Notes under the pieces: generated by a model | Database searches by the model: none | Seen by the model: the letters and a program-made list of their open reading frames with translations, nothing else | What the model was told of the DNA's origin: nothing | Shown here: positions 49,518-61,242 of the stretch, one piece after another | How the letters are laid out: each line of letters opens with the position of its first letter | How positions within the stretch are numbered: the first letter of the stretch is position 1 | Made by a program: the position numbers and the translations under genes | Assembly (NCBI GenBank): GCA_965235115.1 | Contig: OZ249447.1 | Coordinates: 5,146,001-5,210,000 of the forward strand | Origin: Laetmonice hystrix | Lineage: Eukaryota | DNA length: 64,000 nt | Reading direction: 5' to 3'

Positions 49518-51868
49518 ATAGATCAGGGATGGACTGCTGGGGGTGTCACTTACAGCCAGACGGTCACACAACCTGTGTCAGGTCGTCAGTCATAGATCAG
49601 GGATGGACTGCTGGGGGTGTCACCTACAGCCAGACGGTCACACAACAACCTGTGTCAGGTCGTCAGCCATAGATCAGGGATGGACTGCTGGGGGTGTCAC
49701 CTACAGCCAGACGGTCACACAACAACCTGTGTCAGGTCGTCAGTCATAGATCAGGGATGGACTGCTGGGGGTGTCACCTACAGCCAGACGGTCACACAAC
49801 AACCTGTGTCAGGTCGTCAGTCATAGATCAGGGATGGACTGCTGGGGGTGTCACCTACAGCCAGACGGTCACACAACCTCCGTCAGGTCGTCAGCCATAG
49901 ATCAGGGATGGACTGCTGGGGGTGTCACCTACAGCCAGACGGTCACACAACAACCTCCGTCAGGTCGTCAGTCATAGATCAGGGATGGACTGCTGGGGGT
50001 GTCACCTACAGCCAGACGGTCACACAACAACCTGTGTCAGGTCGTCAGCCATAGATCAGGGATGGACTGCTGGGGGTGTCACCTACAGCCAGACGGTCAC
50101 ACAACAACCTGTGTCAGGTCGTCAGTCATAGATCAGGGATGGACTGCTGGGGGTGTCACCTACAGCCAGACGGTCACACAACAACCTGTGTCAGGTCGTC
50201 AGTCATAGATCAGGGATGGACTGCTGGGGGTGTCACCTACAGCCAGACGGTCACACAACAACCTGTGTCAGGTCGTCAGTCATAGATCAGGGATGGACTG
50301 CTGGGGGTGTCACCTACAGCCAGACGGTCACACAACAACCTGTGTCAGGTCGTCAGTCATAGATCAGGGATGGACTGCTGGGGGTGTCACCTACAGCCAG
50401 ACGGTCACACAACAACCTGTGTCAGGTCGTCAGTCATAGATCAGGGATGGACTGCTGGGGGTGTCACCTACAGCCAGACGGTCACACAACAACCTGTGTC
50501 AGGTCGTCAGTCAGAGATCAGGGATGGACTGCTGGGGGTGTCACCTACAGCCAGACGGTCACACAACAACCTGTGTCAGGTCGTCAGTCATAGATCAGGG
50601 ATGGACTGCTGGGGATGTCACCTACAGCCAGACGGTCACACAACAACCTGTGTCAGGTCGTCAGTCATAGATCAGGGATGGACTGCTGGGGGTGTCACCT
50701 ACAGCCAGACGGTCACACAACAACCTGTGTCAGGTCGTCAGTCAGAGATCAGGGATGGACTGCTGGGGGTGTCACCCACAGCCAGACGGTCACACATCAA
50801 CCTGTGTCAGGTCGTCAGTCATAGATCAAGGATGGACTGCTGGGGGTGTCACCTACAGCCAGACGGTCACACAACAACCTGTGTCAGGTCGTCAGTCATA
50901 GATCAGGGATGGACTGCTGGGGGTGACACCTGCAGCCAGACGGTCACACAACAACCTGCGTCAGGTCGTCAGTCATAGATCAGGGATGGACTGATGGGGG
51001 TGTCACCTACAGCCAGACGGTCACACAACAACCTGTGTCAGGTCGTCAGTCATAGATCAAGGATGGACTGCTGGGGGTGTCACCTACAGCCAGACGGTCA
51101 CACAACAACTTGTGTCAGGTCGTCAGTCAGAGATCAGGGATGGACTGCTGGGGGTGTCACCTACAGCCAGACGGTCACACAACAACCTGTGTCAGGTCGT
51201 CAGTCATAGATCAGGGATGGACTGCTGGGGGTGTCACCTACAGCCAGACGGTCACACAACAACCTGTGTCAGGTCGTCAGTCATAGATCAGGGATGGACT
51301 GCTGGGGGTGTCACCTACAGCCAGACGGTCACACAACAACCTGTGTCAGGTCGTCAGTCATAGATCAGGGATGGACTGCTGGGGGTGTCACCTATAGCCA
51401 GACGGTCACACAACAACCTCCGTCAGGTCGTCAGTCATAGATCAGGGATGGACTGCTGGGGGTGTCACCTACAGCCAGACGGTCACACAACAACCTCCGT
51501 CAGGTCGTCAGTCATTGATCAGGGATGGACTGCTGGGGGTGTCACCTACAGCCAGACGGTCACACAACAACCTGTGTCAGGTCGTCAGTCATAGATCAGG
51601 GATGGACTGCTGGGGGTGTCACCTACAGCCAGACGGTCACACAACAACCTGTGTCAGGTCGTCAGTCATAGATCAGGGATGGACTGCTGGGGGTGTCACC
51701 TACAGCCAGACGGTCACACAACAACCTTCTTCAGGTCGTCAGTCATAGATCAGGGATGGACTGCTGGGGGTGTCACCTACAGCCAGACGGTTACACAACA
51801 ACCTGTGTCAGGTCGTCAGTCATAGATCAGGGATGAACTGCTGGGGGTGTCACCTACAGCCAGACGGT
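49518..51868. repeat. Minisatellite, 77-bp unit (74-bp variant), ~31 copies; the largest array
   Basis: catagatcagggatggactgctgggggtgtcacctacagccagacggtcacacaacaacctgtgtcaggtcgtcagt repeated. Confidence 0.98.
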
Positions 51869-52649
51869 GGGATCACACCATAACCTGGGTCAGGTCGTCA
51901 AAGATTAGAAACGGACTGCTGGGCGTCTCCCTGACACTGGAGAACTGACTATCACTCACACGAACGCACCATCTCCATGCTCCAGTCACATTCCTCACGA
52001 GATTCGTGTCGACGATATTCCACTGGAGCTGCCAGCCTGTACACCCCCACTTAATTTGTACGCGCCAAGCATGCAAATTGCATCAGTTTTGTAATTCTGA
52101 TGTTAATGGTTTGTTACCAATAGACCCGGCCGTCTCGCTGGTACGAGCCTTAAAACTCACCTTGTCCGGGACCGACAGGCACGGCGCGCCGGGCAGTCAC
52201 CGATACAGCCCGGCCACGAGGGACGGCCCCTCTGGAATAACGGCCTGGACGACCGACCACTCTTAAATATCCGGTCACTTGGCAAGACCCCAATATCTCA
52301 TCGATATGTGGTCCCAGCCTGCTACACGGCACACTTTATAGGGGATTTTCCGGTAGATATTAAAACGAACGAGGAAGAAAAAAACATTATTGATGAGAAA
52401 ATAAATTGATTTAGACTCATCTCATCAAAAATACTTAGACGATAAACATACACAATATATGGCCTATAATACGCTAACAAAGATTTGAAAAATATTGCAC
52501 CTACTGAGTAATGCCCATTGACGATTGACTCAAAATGACAGCTTACAATTTTCAATATAGACATCTTGAATTTACTATATATAGTCTCGGTCGATTTTCA
52601 ACTGATAACGGCCATTAATATACTTCACTATTGCTCCCAATGAAGTCAG

Positions 52650-53345
52650 TCAGAAATCAGGATTCAGATTGGCAGGCCTACTGTCATAATCTTTGGTTCT
52701 ATCATCATTAAGTTGGTCAGAAATCAGGATTGGCAGCAGGCCTACTGTCATAATCTTTGGTTCTATCATCATTAAGTTGGTCAGAAATCAGGATTGGCAG
52801 CAGGCCTACTGTCATAATCTTTGGTTCTATCACCATTAAGTTGGTCAGAAATCAGGATGGGCAGCAGGCCTACTGTCATAATTTTTGGTTCTATCATCAT
52901 TAAGTTGGTCAGAAATCAGGATTGGCAGCAGGCCTACTGTCATAATCTTTGGTTCTATCATCATTACGTTGGTCAGAAATCAGGATTGGCTGCAGGCCTA
53001 CTGTCATAATCTTTGGTTCTATCATCATTAAGTTGGTCAGAAATCAGGATTAGCAGCAGGCCTACTGTCATAATCTTTGGTTCTATCATCATTAAGTTGG
53101 TCAGAAATCAGGATTAGCAGCAGGCCTACTGTCATAATCTTTGGTTCTATCATCATTAAGTTGGTCAGAAATCAGGATTAGCAGCAGGCCTACTGTCATA
53201 ATCTTTGGTTCTATCATCATTAAGTTGGTCAGAAATCAGGATTGGCTGCAGGCCTACTGTCATAATCTTTGGTTCTATCATCATTAAGTTGGTCAGAAAT
53301 CAGGATTGGCAGGAGGCCTACTGTCATAATCTTTGGTTCTATCAT
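52650..53345. repeat. Minisatellite, 64-bp unit, ~11 copies
   Basis: tggtcagaaatcaggattggcagcaggcctactgtcataatctttggttctatcatcattaagt at 52714, 52778... Confidence 0.95.
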
Positions 53346-54532
53346 TATTAAATGACATATACTTCAAATTGTGACTATTCTGGCATTCTGGGAATCTACC
53401 CGAGGCCGTTTCGAACATAAAGAGACAATGCAACAGGTCATCTGCAATATTTCGGTGGGGGGGGGGGGGGCATCAGATTCCATGGAATAATATTATTTCT
53501 CTAGCCTTTGGGAGCCATTGATTCTGTTGAGACACTTGTGAATCGGATCAGGCTCTGAAACACCTTACTATGATGAACTGGGGGAGACCTCTCAGAGAGC
53601 TCTTTTGTCTCCAAGCAATAAACTGACTCTGCTGAAAGTGACGGACGGGCCTTCCTTTCATCGGCCCCTCAACAGAACAGCCTGGCATGGCTACGAATTT
53701 TTGCTGGTCTCCCCAACATAGCAGCAGCCAGCTATCTCTCTACATGGTACCAAGGCGTATATTTTCTTGTTCAATCATAAAGCTTCCAGACTAGAAAAAT
53801 TATTTATGATATATGATCTAAAATAGGCCTTACATTTCATGTCGCGCAACTTTATTTAGTTGTCAAAACTGTAGCAGAAGAAGAAATGGGGTGTCATCCG
53901 TACATCTACCGACTGCGTAGACAATCTGCCTTTGAAAAGAGCGACTAAAATGTCTATTTGTATAAAACACTTGTATGAACCTGCCCTACGCCTTGAGCAA
54001 GAGGCCGACATGCGAGTCCAGGTAGGACAAATTACTGTACAGAGAAAATTACTGACAACTATTAATAATGACATTAGGTCACCTCCCATCCATTCTGTAG
54101 GCAGTCACTGCCTGCTGTCGGTTCGCCTGTACAGAATAACGTAGTCGGTCTGTATGAGCTTCTCGCTGGTATATCACATATATCTGAGAGTTCTATGTTA
54201 GACTGGCACGTTCAGGCAGTAATACATCCATGGGGATGGGCTTTACAGTTTTACTGACCCATTTCCACTTCACAAATAGGACTTTTCATGTTATTAGCAA
54301 GTCACATCACTTTTTTTGATACACATATTAATGTTACTTGCCAAAAAACAGCTGTGTCTAAACCGACTGGACTTGCTATTTGTGGTGGCCAGATGGGTTG
54401 AACCTGGTGGAGGGGGAGAGCGATGTTGAATTACTAACAAGTCCCCGAGCCAGAACAGGCTGAATGATGTCAAAGGTTTGTTAAATGCTAAACTCAGAGC
54501 CATACATTCTCCTATCTTACGTGGTAGGCGCT

Positions 54533-54822
54533 CCTGAATATGGCAACCTTGGCGTGGGCCGTGCTGGGGGTCAGTCAGAAGGATCCTGAATATGGCAACC
54601 TTGGAGACTAGGCGTGGGCCGTGCTGGGGGTCAGTCAGGAGGATCCTGAATATGGCAACCTTGGAGACTAGGCGTGGGCCGTGCTGGGGGTCAGTCAGGA
54701 GGATCCTGAATATGGCAACCTTGGAGACTAGGCGTGGGCCGTGCTGGGGGTCAGTCAGGAGGATCCTGAATATGGCAACCTTGGAGACTAGGCGTGGGCC
54801 GTGCTGGGGGTCAGTCAGGAGG
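54533..54822. repeat. Minisatellite, 60-bp unit, ~4.7 copies
   Basis: atcctgaatatggcaaccttggagactaggcgtgggccgtgctgggggtcagtcaggagg repeated; the left terminal copy lacks 8 nt. Confidence 0.95.
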
Positions 54823-55348
54823 ACGCCGCCACCTTCACAAGGAGGACAAACAGACACCCCACCCCTCGCCTCCTACCACTATCGCCTGGTCACACACCGA
54901 CAAGAAAATATGTTCTCCCTCAATGAATCCAATCTCTTATTCTGCTCGGTAATCTGCCATCCTCATCGGTTATTTACAGTGGTCAACAAATTTACATTAG
55001 GGTCAAATTAACCGCAATCCCTCAGGATTCGGTACAAACCTGACTTAACTGCAATGAAGTAAAAGTTGTCTTCAGATACACATTCTATTCTGGTGTTCCA
55101 ATCTACCACATACATGTATTTTTACAAACACCTTAAAATATACGCATTTCTGTACCTATAATAATCGTCTCCAACATTTCCGTTTGTTAGCTGAATCTGG
55201 AAGTGACAGCTGTCACAGAAAGCCAACATAAAACTTAAAACCTTGGTTTCAGCTGCAGTTGTCAGTCACAGTAAACCCCGGTTACAATCCCGACAAGCGA
55301 TCCTAGTAACAGGAAGACGTGACGTATTATGACGTCGGCCTTTCTTAA

Positions 55349-55867
55349 AGGGACTCATTTGCATCAACTTTTCCAGAGATAATCTGCCTTATCTGCGCAG
55401 AAATATATAATATTATAACGATCTACCACATTATGTGTCGATTTACTTCTAACAATAGCGAGCATGAACAAACGTGCCATTCTGCACTTGGATGGTGAAA
55501 AATGAGATTGAGTTTTACTCCGGCTTGCTGACATTCCTGCCCGTGAGCACTGGTCCGACTGAACACCAAAAGCGACCGAAACTGACTGAAACCAACCGAA
55601 ACTGACCGACTCCAATGCCATCTGGAGGTATATGCCAAGGTCATTTTCAGTCAGTCTCGGTAAATTCGCTTGGTTTCGTTGTCACTACTGCCAAAACAGT
55701 CGCATCCCGCGAGCACTACTGCCAAAACAGAATCCATGCATGGCCTACAGGCTCCAAGGCGATATTCTACCAAACACGATTGGCATTTGGTTTGAGATGA
55801 ATTTGCAAACATGCAGGTAGCTATATCGGAAATAGTTGGAATTTTCCTAACATAAGTCACGATACCT
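55349..55867. mobile_element. Possible degenerate TTAA-flanked MITE
   Basis: TTAA-AGG ... CCT-TTAA ends but a poor TIR match; internal inverted repeat gaccgaaactgactgaaa (~55574) / tttcagtcagtctcggta (~55645). Confidence 0.3.
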
Positions 55868-56084
55868 TTAAGAAACCAATATCAATTAAGCGTACCCACA
55901 GCCTGGCTCCGTAATTAAGCCCACCGGATCCAGCAACTCTATCACAATCTGGCTGGGACAACCTTGGCGGGAGGTCGGCTCACAAACCACTGCTGGACAT
56001 ACTACACCTTCCATTAAATGTGGTGATATCTTATGGTTTCTACAATATCCACACGACGTTTAATATCTACAAAACATACACGAC

Positions 56085-56101
56085 GCAGCGCCCCCTACCG
56101 G
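56085..56101 (-). promoter_or_regulatory. Isolated CTCF-like motif
   Basis: CCGGTAGGGGGCGCTGC on the minus strand; motif match only. Confidence 0.35.
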
Positions 56102-56978
56102 GATCACAGATGATCAGCTAACGTTCTATCCTGTCTGATATCGAAAACATTCAAAGAAGGCAGCCACTGAGACTTGTAATCTCATACGAATACCTTCAGC
56201 GAATAACTCATTCTACAACACAGTTCCATGTTGAAACGTTTCATACACTATCTAGTTGATGAATAAAACTCTCTTATTCTCTAAATGAGTATTATGTCAC
56301 AGACATTTTGAAAAAAAAACATGATTACAGTGTAGATCGCAAAATAAATCACCCGGTTTCCTGGCTAAAGAAATGAGCGCCAACCACAACGGGCTAACAG
56401 TATAACCTGTAAAACAGTTAATTACAAATACATTTCTGCAAACAAAAATCACAATCATCACTCACCAGCTTATTTGTCTAGTTCATTTCAGTAGAACTCC
56501 TGGTAATTAGCGAGTAAAAAATTGGTTTTGATTCAATTGATTTACATCCCTTGATTGTAACATCCACACACCATGAATGGCATTCATTATCATTAAAATT
56601 TGATTTAAATTCTTTTCTATTTTAGATACGCTGGGACAAAGTATGAAGAACAGGAACCCCGTTTACACCCCCAATCACTTGCCTTCAGGATCGTATGAAA
56701 ATACCCGGCGGTAGATGTGGCGTACAACATCAATGGGGTAGGATAATTGATCCATTATAATGTTGTACAGGTGCAACGCTTGATGAACGCTTGATGAACG
56801 CTTGATAAATGTCCTGCCAGGGACGCATTTCTTATGAATTTAGTGATCCGGCACCTCAAGACTTCAAAGAAAACCGTAGAAATATCACAGATATATGAAC
56901 CACTTAGACCGTAAACGTCAAACCTTTTTGAGATACGCTCGTATCTTAGCAAATTAAACAGTAAACCAACTGACGCCA

Positions 56979-57359
56979 GTCTAACCCAACTGTGAGATAT
57001 CTCCTCATGGCTGCAGTCAGTCAACCAGAAATCACAGGGTTTACGTCTAACCCAACTGTGAGATATCTCCTCATGGCTGCAGTCAGTCAACCAGAAATCA
57101 CAGGGTTTACGTTTAACCCAACTGTGTGATATCCCCTCATGCCTGCAGTCCGTCAACCAGAAATCACAGGGTTTACGTCTAACCCAACTGTGTGATATCT
57201 CCTCATGCCTGCAGTCAGTCAACCAGAAATCAAACAGGGTTTACGTCTAACCCAACTGTGAGATATCTCCTCATGGCTGCAGTCAGTCAACCAGAAATCA
57301 CAGGGTTTACGTCTAACCCAACTGTGTGATATCCCCTCATGGCTGCAGTCAGTCAACCA
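56979..57359. repeat. Minisatellite, 66-bp unit, ~6 copies
   Basis: gtctaacccaactgtgagatatctcctcatggctgcagtcagtcaaccagaaatcacagggtttac at 56979, 57045... Confidence 0.95.
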
Positions 57360-57630
57360 GAGCAGACAGCCACTCAGCTTCAGAATAATATTCCACCGGT
57401 TGCTACATGATGCGATGACGACTTCTGTGTGCAACCTGATGAGATAGTATTTGGGTAAAGAAATTCTGCTCTGGTTCACCACTCGGTTCCAGAATCACAA
57501 TTTCACAATGAACTAATACGTCAAAATTATCGTGATCAAAATAGTTTAGTCAGAATAGGAGGCTCACAGGGAAACATTAAAATTCGCACTCCATCTTATT
57601 TTTCAACGGCTTTGTTTGAATAAAACTTAC

Positions 57631-57718
57631 TTGAACTGTAGCTGTCGGTGGACGAGGCAGAGATGGAGCGGCTGTGGATACGGGGACGCTGCGGCATCAA
57701 GTTCTTGTACTTGATTTC
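57631..57718 (-). CDS. 88-nt coding exon (phase 0-1), EIKYKNLMPQRPRIHSRSISASSTDSYSS
   Basis: Strong acceptor tgtatttgttccttgcag|, consensus donor CAA|GTAAGT, GC-rich island within AT-rich flanks. Confidence 0.8.
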
Positions 57719-58285
57719 CTGCAAGGAACAAATACAACACCATGATCCTCTGTCTACGCCTGGCAGCACCTTCTCCACACCAGACGACACTGGCCGTTAA
57801 AATACCACAATATAATCCATATTGGCAGAATTTAATTATTCAGATTTCTTTTAATTAAATATTTAAAATAACAAGATTCGATTGGGGAGAGAAATCAAAA
57901 TTTTTTCATGGAATGCAATCAAGATTAGGGAACTAGACAGTGACGAACTCATGAATGCATCACTAGTTCACAACTTGTAAGAAAATGTTCACAGAGTACA
58001 AAACTTCTCACATCTCCATGAATGGTGAAATGTAGCATGCTCATACATATATTATTAATACAGCTATTCTCTATCTGTATCAATGAGCAACTGGTGCAGG
58101 ATTCAGTGTACACGTCTAAACTATTTCAGAAACATCCCACTTCACAACAGGAAGTTCTTTCCTAGTCCCTCAACAATACCGTACTATCATAGTAGATAGC
58201 AAAGATTTAAATGGAAAGAGATATACATGTATATCTTGCCCATGTAAAATGTAAAAGCTACTTTGTATGTTATATATTACATTAA

Positions 58286-58813
58286 AGGGGCATATTATGA
58301 GGAAACGTTAAAAATCGGTATTTCATAGAACTTTTGCTGTTTTCATAAAGAGATCCTTCATTAAAATTGCTTAGTAAACAAAGACAGACTTATCAGTTTC
58401 ATTTTGCGTGAGAAATCGAAGTTTATTAAGCTCCCTTGCCCGCTTCTCTGCCGATTTCGTAAAATATTTTTTGGGTGGCATTCTGATGCCGGACGATCGA
58501 GTGCCACTGCTGAATTGTTTACAACTAAGCAAAGCACGTGACTAAGCACATGCAGAGCGTGCACACACAGGATGTGACACAGTATGCAATTACACGGGTT
58601 GATGGGGGGTTGTCCGCCAAATTATGGCGGGAGATGTGCTATCGGGAGAAATCTATAGGTTTGGTCGTATAGAACCGACTTGTGCTGCATACGCAGCGAA
58701 AACACGTCCGAGGACAAAATGCTGTGGTAGGATTATTTACTTGGATCCCTAGTACACGGTCATGTTGGATAATTGCCGGAAATCCTCAAAAACGTGTTTC
58801 ATAGCATGCCCCT
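58286..58813. mobile_element. Kolobok-like MITE (528 bp)
   Basis: TIRs AGGGGCATATTATGA / reverse complement AGGGGCATGCTATGA (13/15) flanked by TTAA at 58282-85 and 58814-17. Confidence 0.75.
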
Positions 58814-59359
58814 TTAATTAGTATCACGGTTCAGTGAGTCAATTTTCTAAATATTGTATGTATGTTCTATTCAGAAGGCAGGTAAATTTACAAGTAATTC
58901 TGATAGTAAAGATATTTCAGCAGATTGCATATATCGTATACATTTTGTATTAAAAATTAACATTGAAGATCTTGTACATTTTCGTTGTGTTGCTGTATAC
59001 TTGGTCAAGTGCGGATCAGAGTGGAGCCCTCAGTGCATCAGCTGTCACTTGACTGTGTCATGAGTTAAGTAGGTTGTGACATGCTATTGACGGTACTCAA
59101 GACATATATTATATATCATCTATCATATATTATATATCATATATTCTACAGTACCTGGTACAGTCACTACAATATTGAGGTGCACTATCACACAAATATA
59201 AAACCTCATCACAGCACATAACACGACACTAGGACTCAAATGTGTATGAACATTTGTATAGAATAAAATAGAACCCGTACTTGGTTGGATCCCCTTCTTT
59301 TGTATGTAATATCCTTCAGTGGCAGGGGAAAAAAATCGAATGAGTTAAAATTTATCCAC

Positions 59360-59423
59360 CGTTCACAGGAGGGGTCGACGGTTGCTCAGGTTTAACGGGG
59401 ACGGTCATAGTTGGTGCCGCCAC
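59360..59423 (-). CDS. Candidate exon, VAAPTMTVPVKPEQPSTPPVN-G
   Basis: Acceptor aatcctccag|, weak donor G|GTGGAT. Its phase does not join the 57718 exon directly, and the acceptor overlaps a CTCF-like motif. Confidence 0.25.
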
Positions 59424-59754
59424 CTGGAGGATTACTTCTGAATCACACCCGCATGTTCTGTTGAAGGACCATAACGTTTTCCTCTCTACGATGTTAAATT
59501 TATCGGGCCCGTTGCTCTTCATTGATACTTTTTTTCGCACAAAAAAAATGTTCCTCTGTCAGTGGGGCGGGGGTCATCCGACCCCAGCCCTCTCTTGGCT
59601 ATGTGCCCGTATATATAGATCTGTTTGTTCTATATTAGCTAAAACCATATGAGTTTAACAGAACAGGTGACCCGTCCTTGTTTAAACATCTGTGGGCAGA
59701 GATTGACTCTTGCTGAAAAAAACATGTATTATACACTCGTAGTTAACTGTTAAT

Positions 59755-60775
59755 ACGGGCGGTGCGCACCATGGCAGGACCGGTAAAGGGTGGTGCGCAC
59801 CATGGCAGGACCGGTAAAGGGTGGTGCGCACCATGGCAGGACCGGTAACGGGTGGTGCGCACCATGGCAGGACCGGTAACGGGCGGTGCGCACCATGGCA
59901 GGACCAGTAACGGGCGGTGCGCACCATGGCAGGACCGGTAATGGGTGGTGCGCACCATGGCAGGACCGGTAACGGGCCGTGCGCACCATGGCAGGACCGG
60001 TAACGGTTGGTGCACACCATGGCAGGACTGGTAACGGGTGGTGCGCACCATGGCAGGACCGGTAACGGGTGGTGCGCACCATGGCAGGACCGGTAACGGG
60101 CGGTGCGCACCATGGCAGGACCGGTAATGGGTGGTGCGCACCATGGCAGGACTGGTAACGGTTGGTGCGCACCATGGCAGGACCGGTAACGGGCCGTACG
60201 CACCATGGCAGGACCGGTAACGGGCCGTGCGCACCATGGCAGGACCGGTAATGGGTGGTGCGCACCATGGCAGGACCGGTAACGGTTGGTGCGCACCATG
60301 GCAGGACCGGTAACGGGCGGTGCGCACCATGGCAGGACTGGTAACGGGCCGTGCGCACCATGGCAGGACTGGTAACGGGTGGTGCGCAGCATGGCAGGAC
60401 CGGTAACGGGCGGTACGCACCATGGCAGGACCGGTAACGGGTGGTGCACACCATGGCAGGACCGGTAACGGGTGGTGCACACCATGGCAGGACCGGTAAC
60501 GGGTGGTGCGCACCATGGCAGGACCGGTAACGGTTGGTGCGCACCATGGCAGGACCGGTAACGGGTGGTGCGCACCATGGCAGGACCGGTAACGGGTGGT
60601 GCGCACCATGGCAGGACCGGTAACGGTTGGTGCGCACCATGGCAGGACTGGTAACGGGCGGTGCGCACCATGGCAGGACCGGTAACGGTTGGTGCGCACC
60701 ATGGCAGGACCGGTAACGGGCCGTGCGCACCATGGGAGGACTGGTAACGGGTGGTGCGCACCATGGCAGGACTGG
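59755..60775. repeat. Minisatellite, 31-bp unit, ~33 copies
   Basis: gtgcgcaccatggcaggaccggtaacgggtg repeated. Confidence 0.97.
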
Positions 60776-61242
60776 TCTCCACATCACCACCCACGAGTAG
60801 GATATTGTGGTTGTTTCCACATCAGAAGAAGTAAAATGAAGCATAAAATAAGTTGCGTGGGTTAGTAGACGTATCGGTATTAATGAAGAACTCATCAGTG
60901 CTAATTAGGCAGCTGATCCGTATTTAGACTGGGGAGGATATCTTACTGAAGTCTGAATACATCTATGTACATCATGTCTGGTGAAACATCTCATTTTCCC
61001 GGTCCGAGGCCCTCCATAAGAGAGGAGAGAGAGGTTTTTGTTTTGGTCTTTTCTAAATTGGTGGTGGACGGGGGGGGGGGGACACCTCCCCTCTAGTCAC
61101 AGGGCCTTTAGGTACACAAAGCCAGGGGGTACAGTTTGACCTGTTCACTGAAACATAAATATTCACTGAGGTTTTTTATGTAAAAAGGTTTTCGTGGAAA
61201 ATATTATTGTTGGCTGACCCGCTGTAATACCAGAACCATGCC

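Noticed and set aside
49518-51868. Arrays as CRISPR loci
   Set aside because: Units are head-to-tail with no unique spacers, there are no cas genes, and the DNA is eukaryotic.
52160-52320. GC-rich segment ending in AAG|GTGAGT as an exon
   Set aside because: Good donor but no clear acceptor and an ambiguous frame.
2715-60775. Enrichment of 6-8-bp palindromes (restriction-site-like) in array units
   Set aside because: About one 6-bp palindrome per 60-bp unit is expected by chance.
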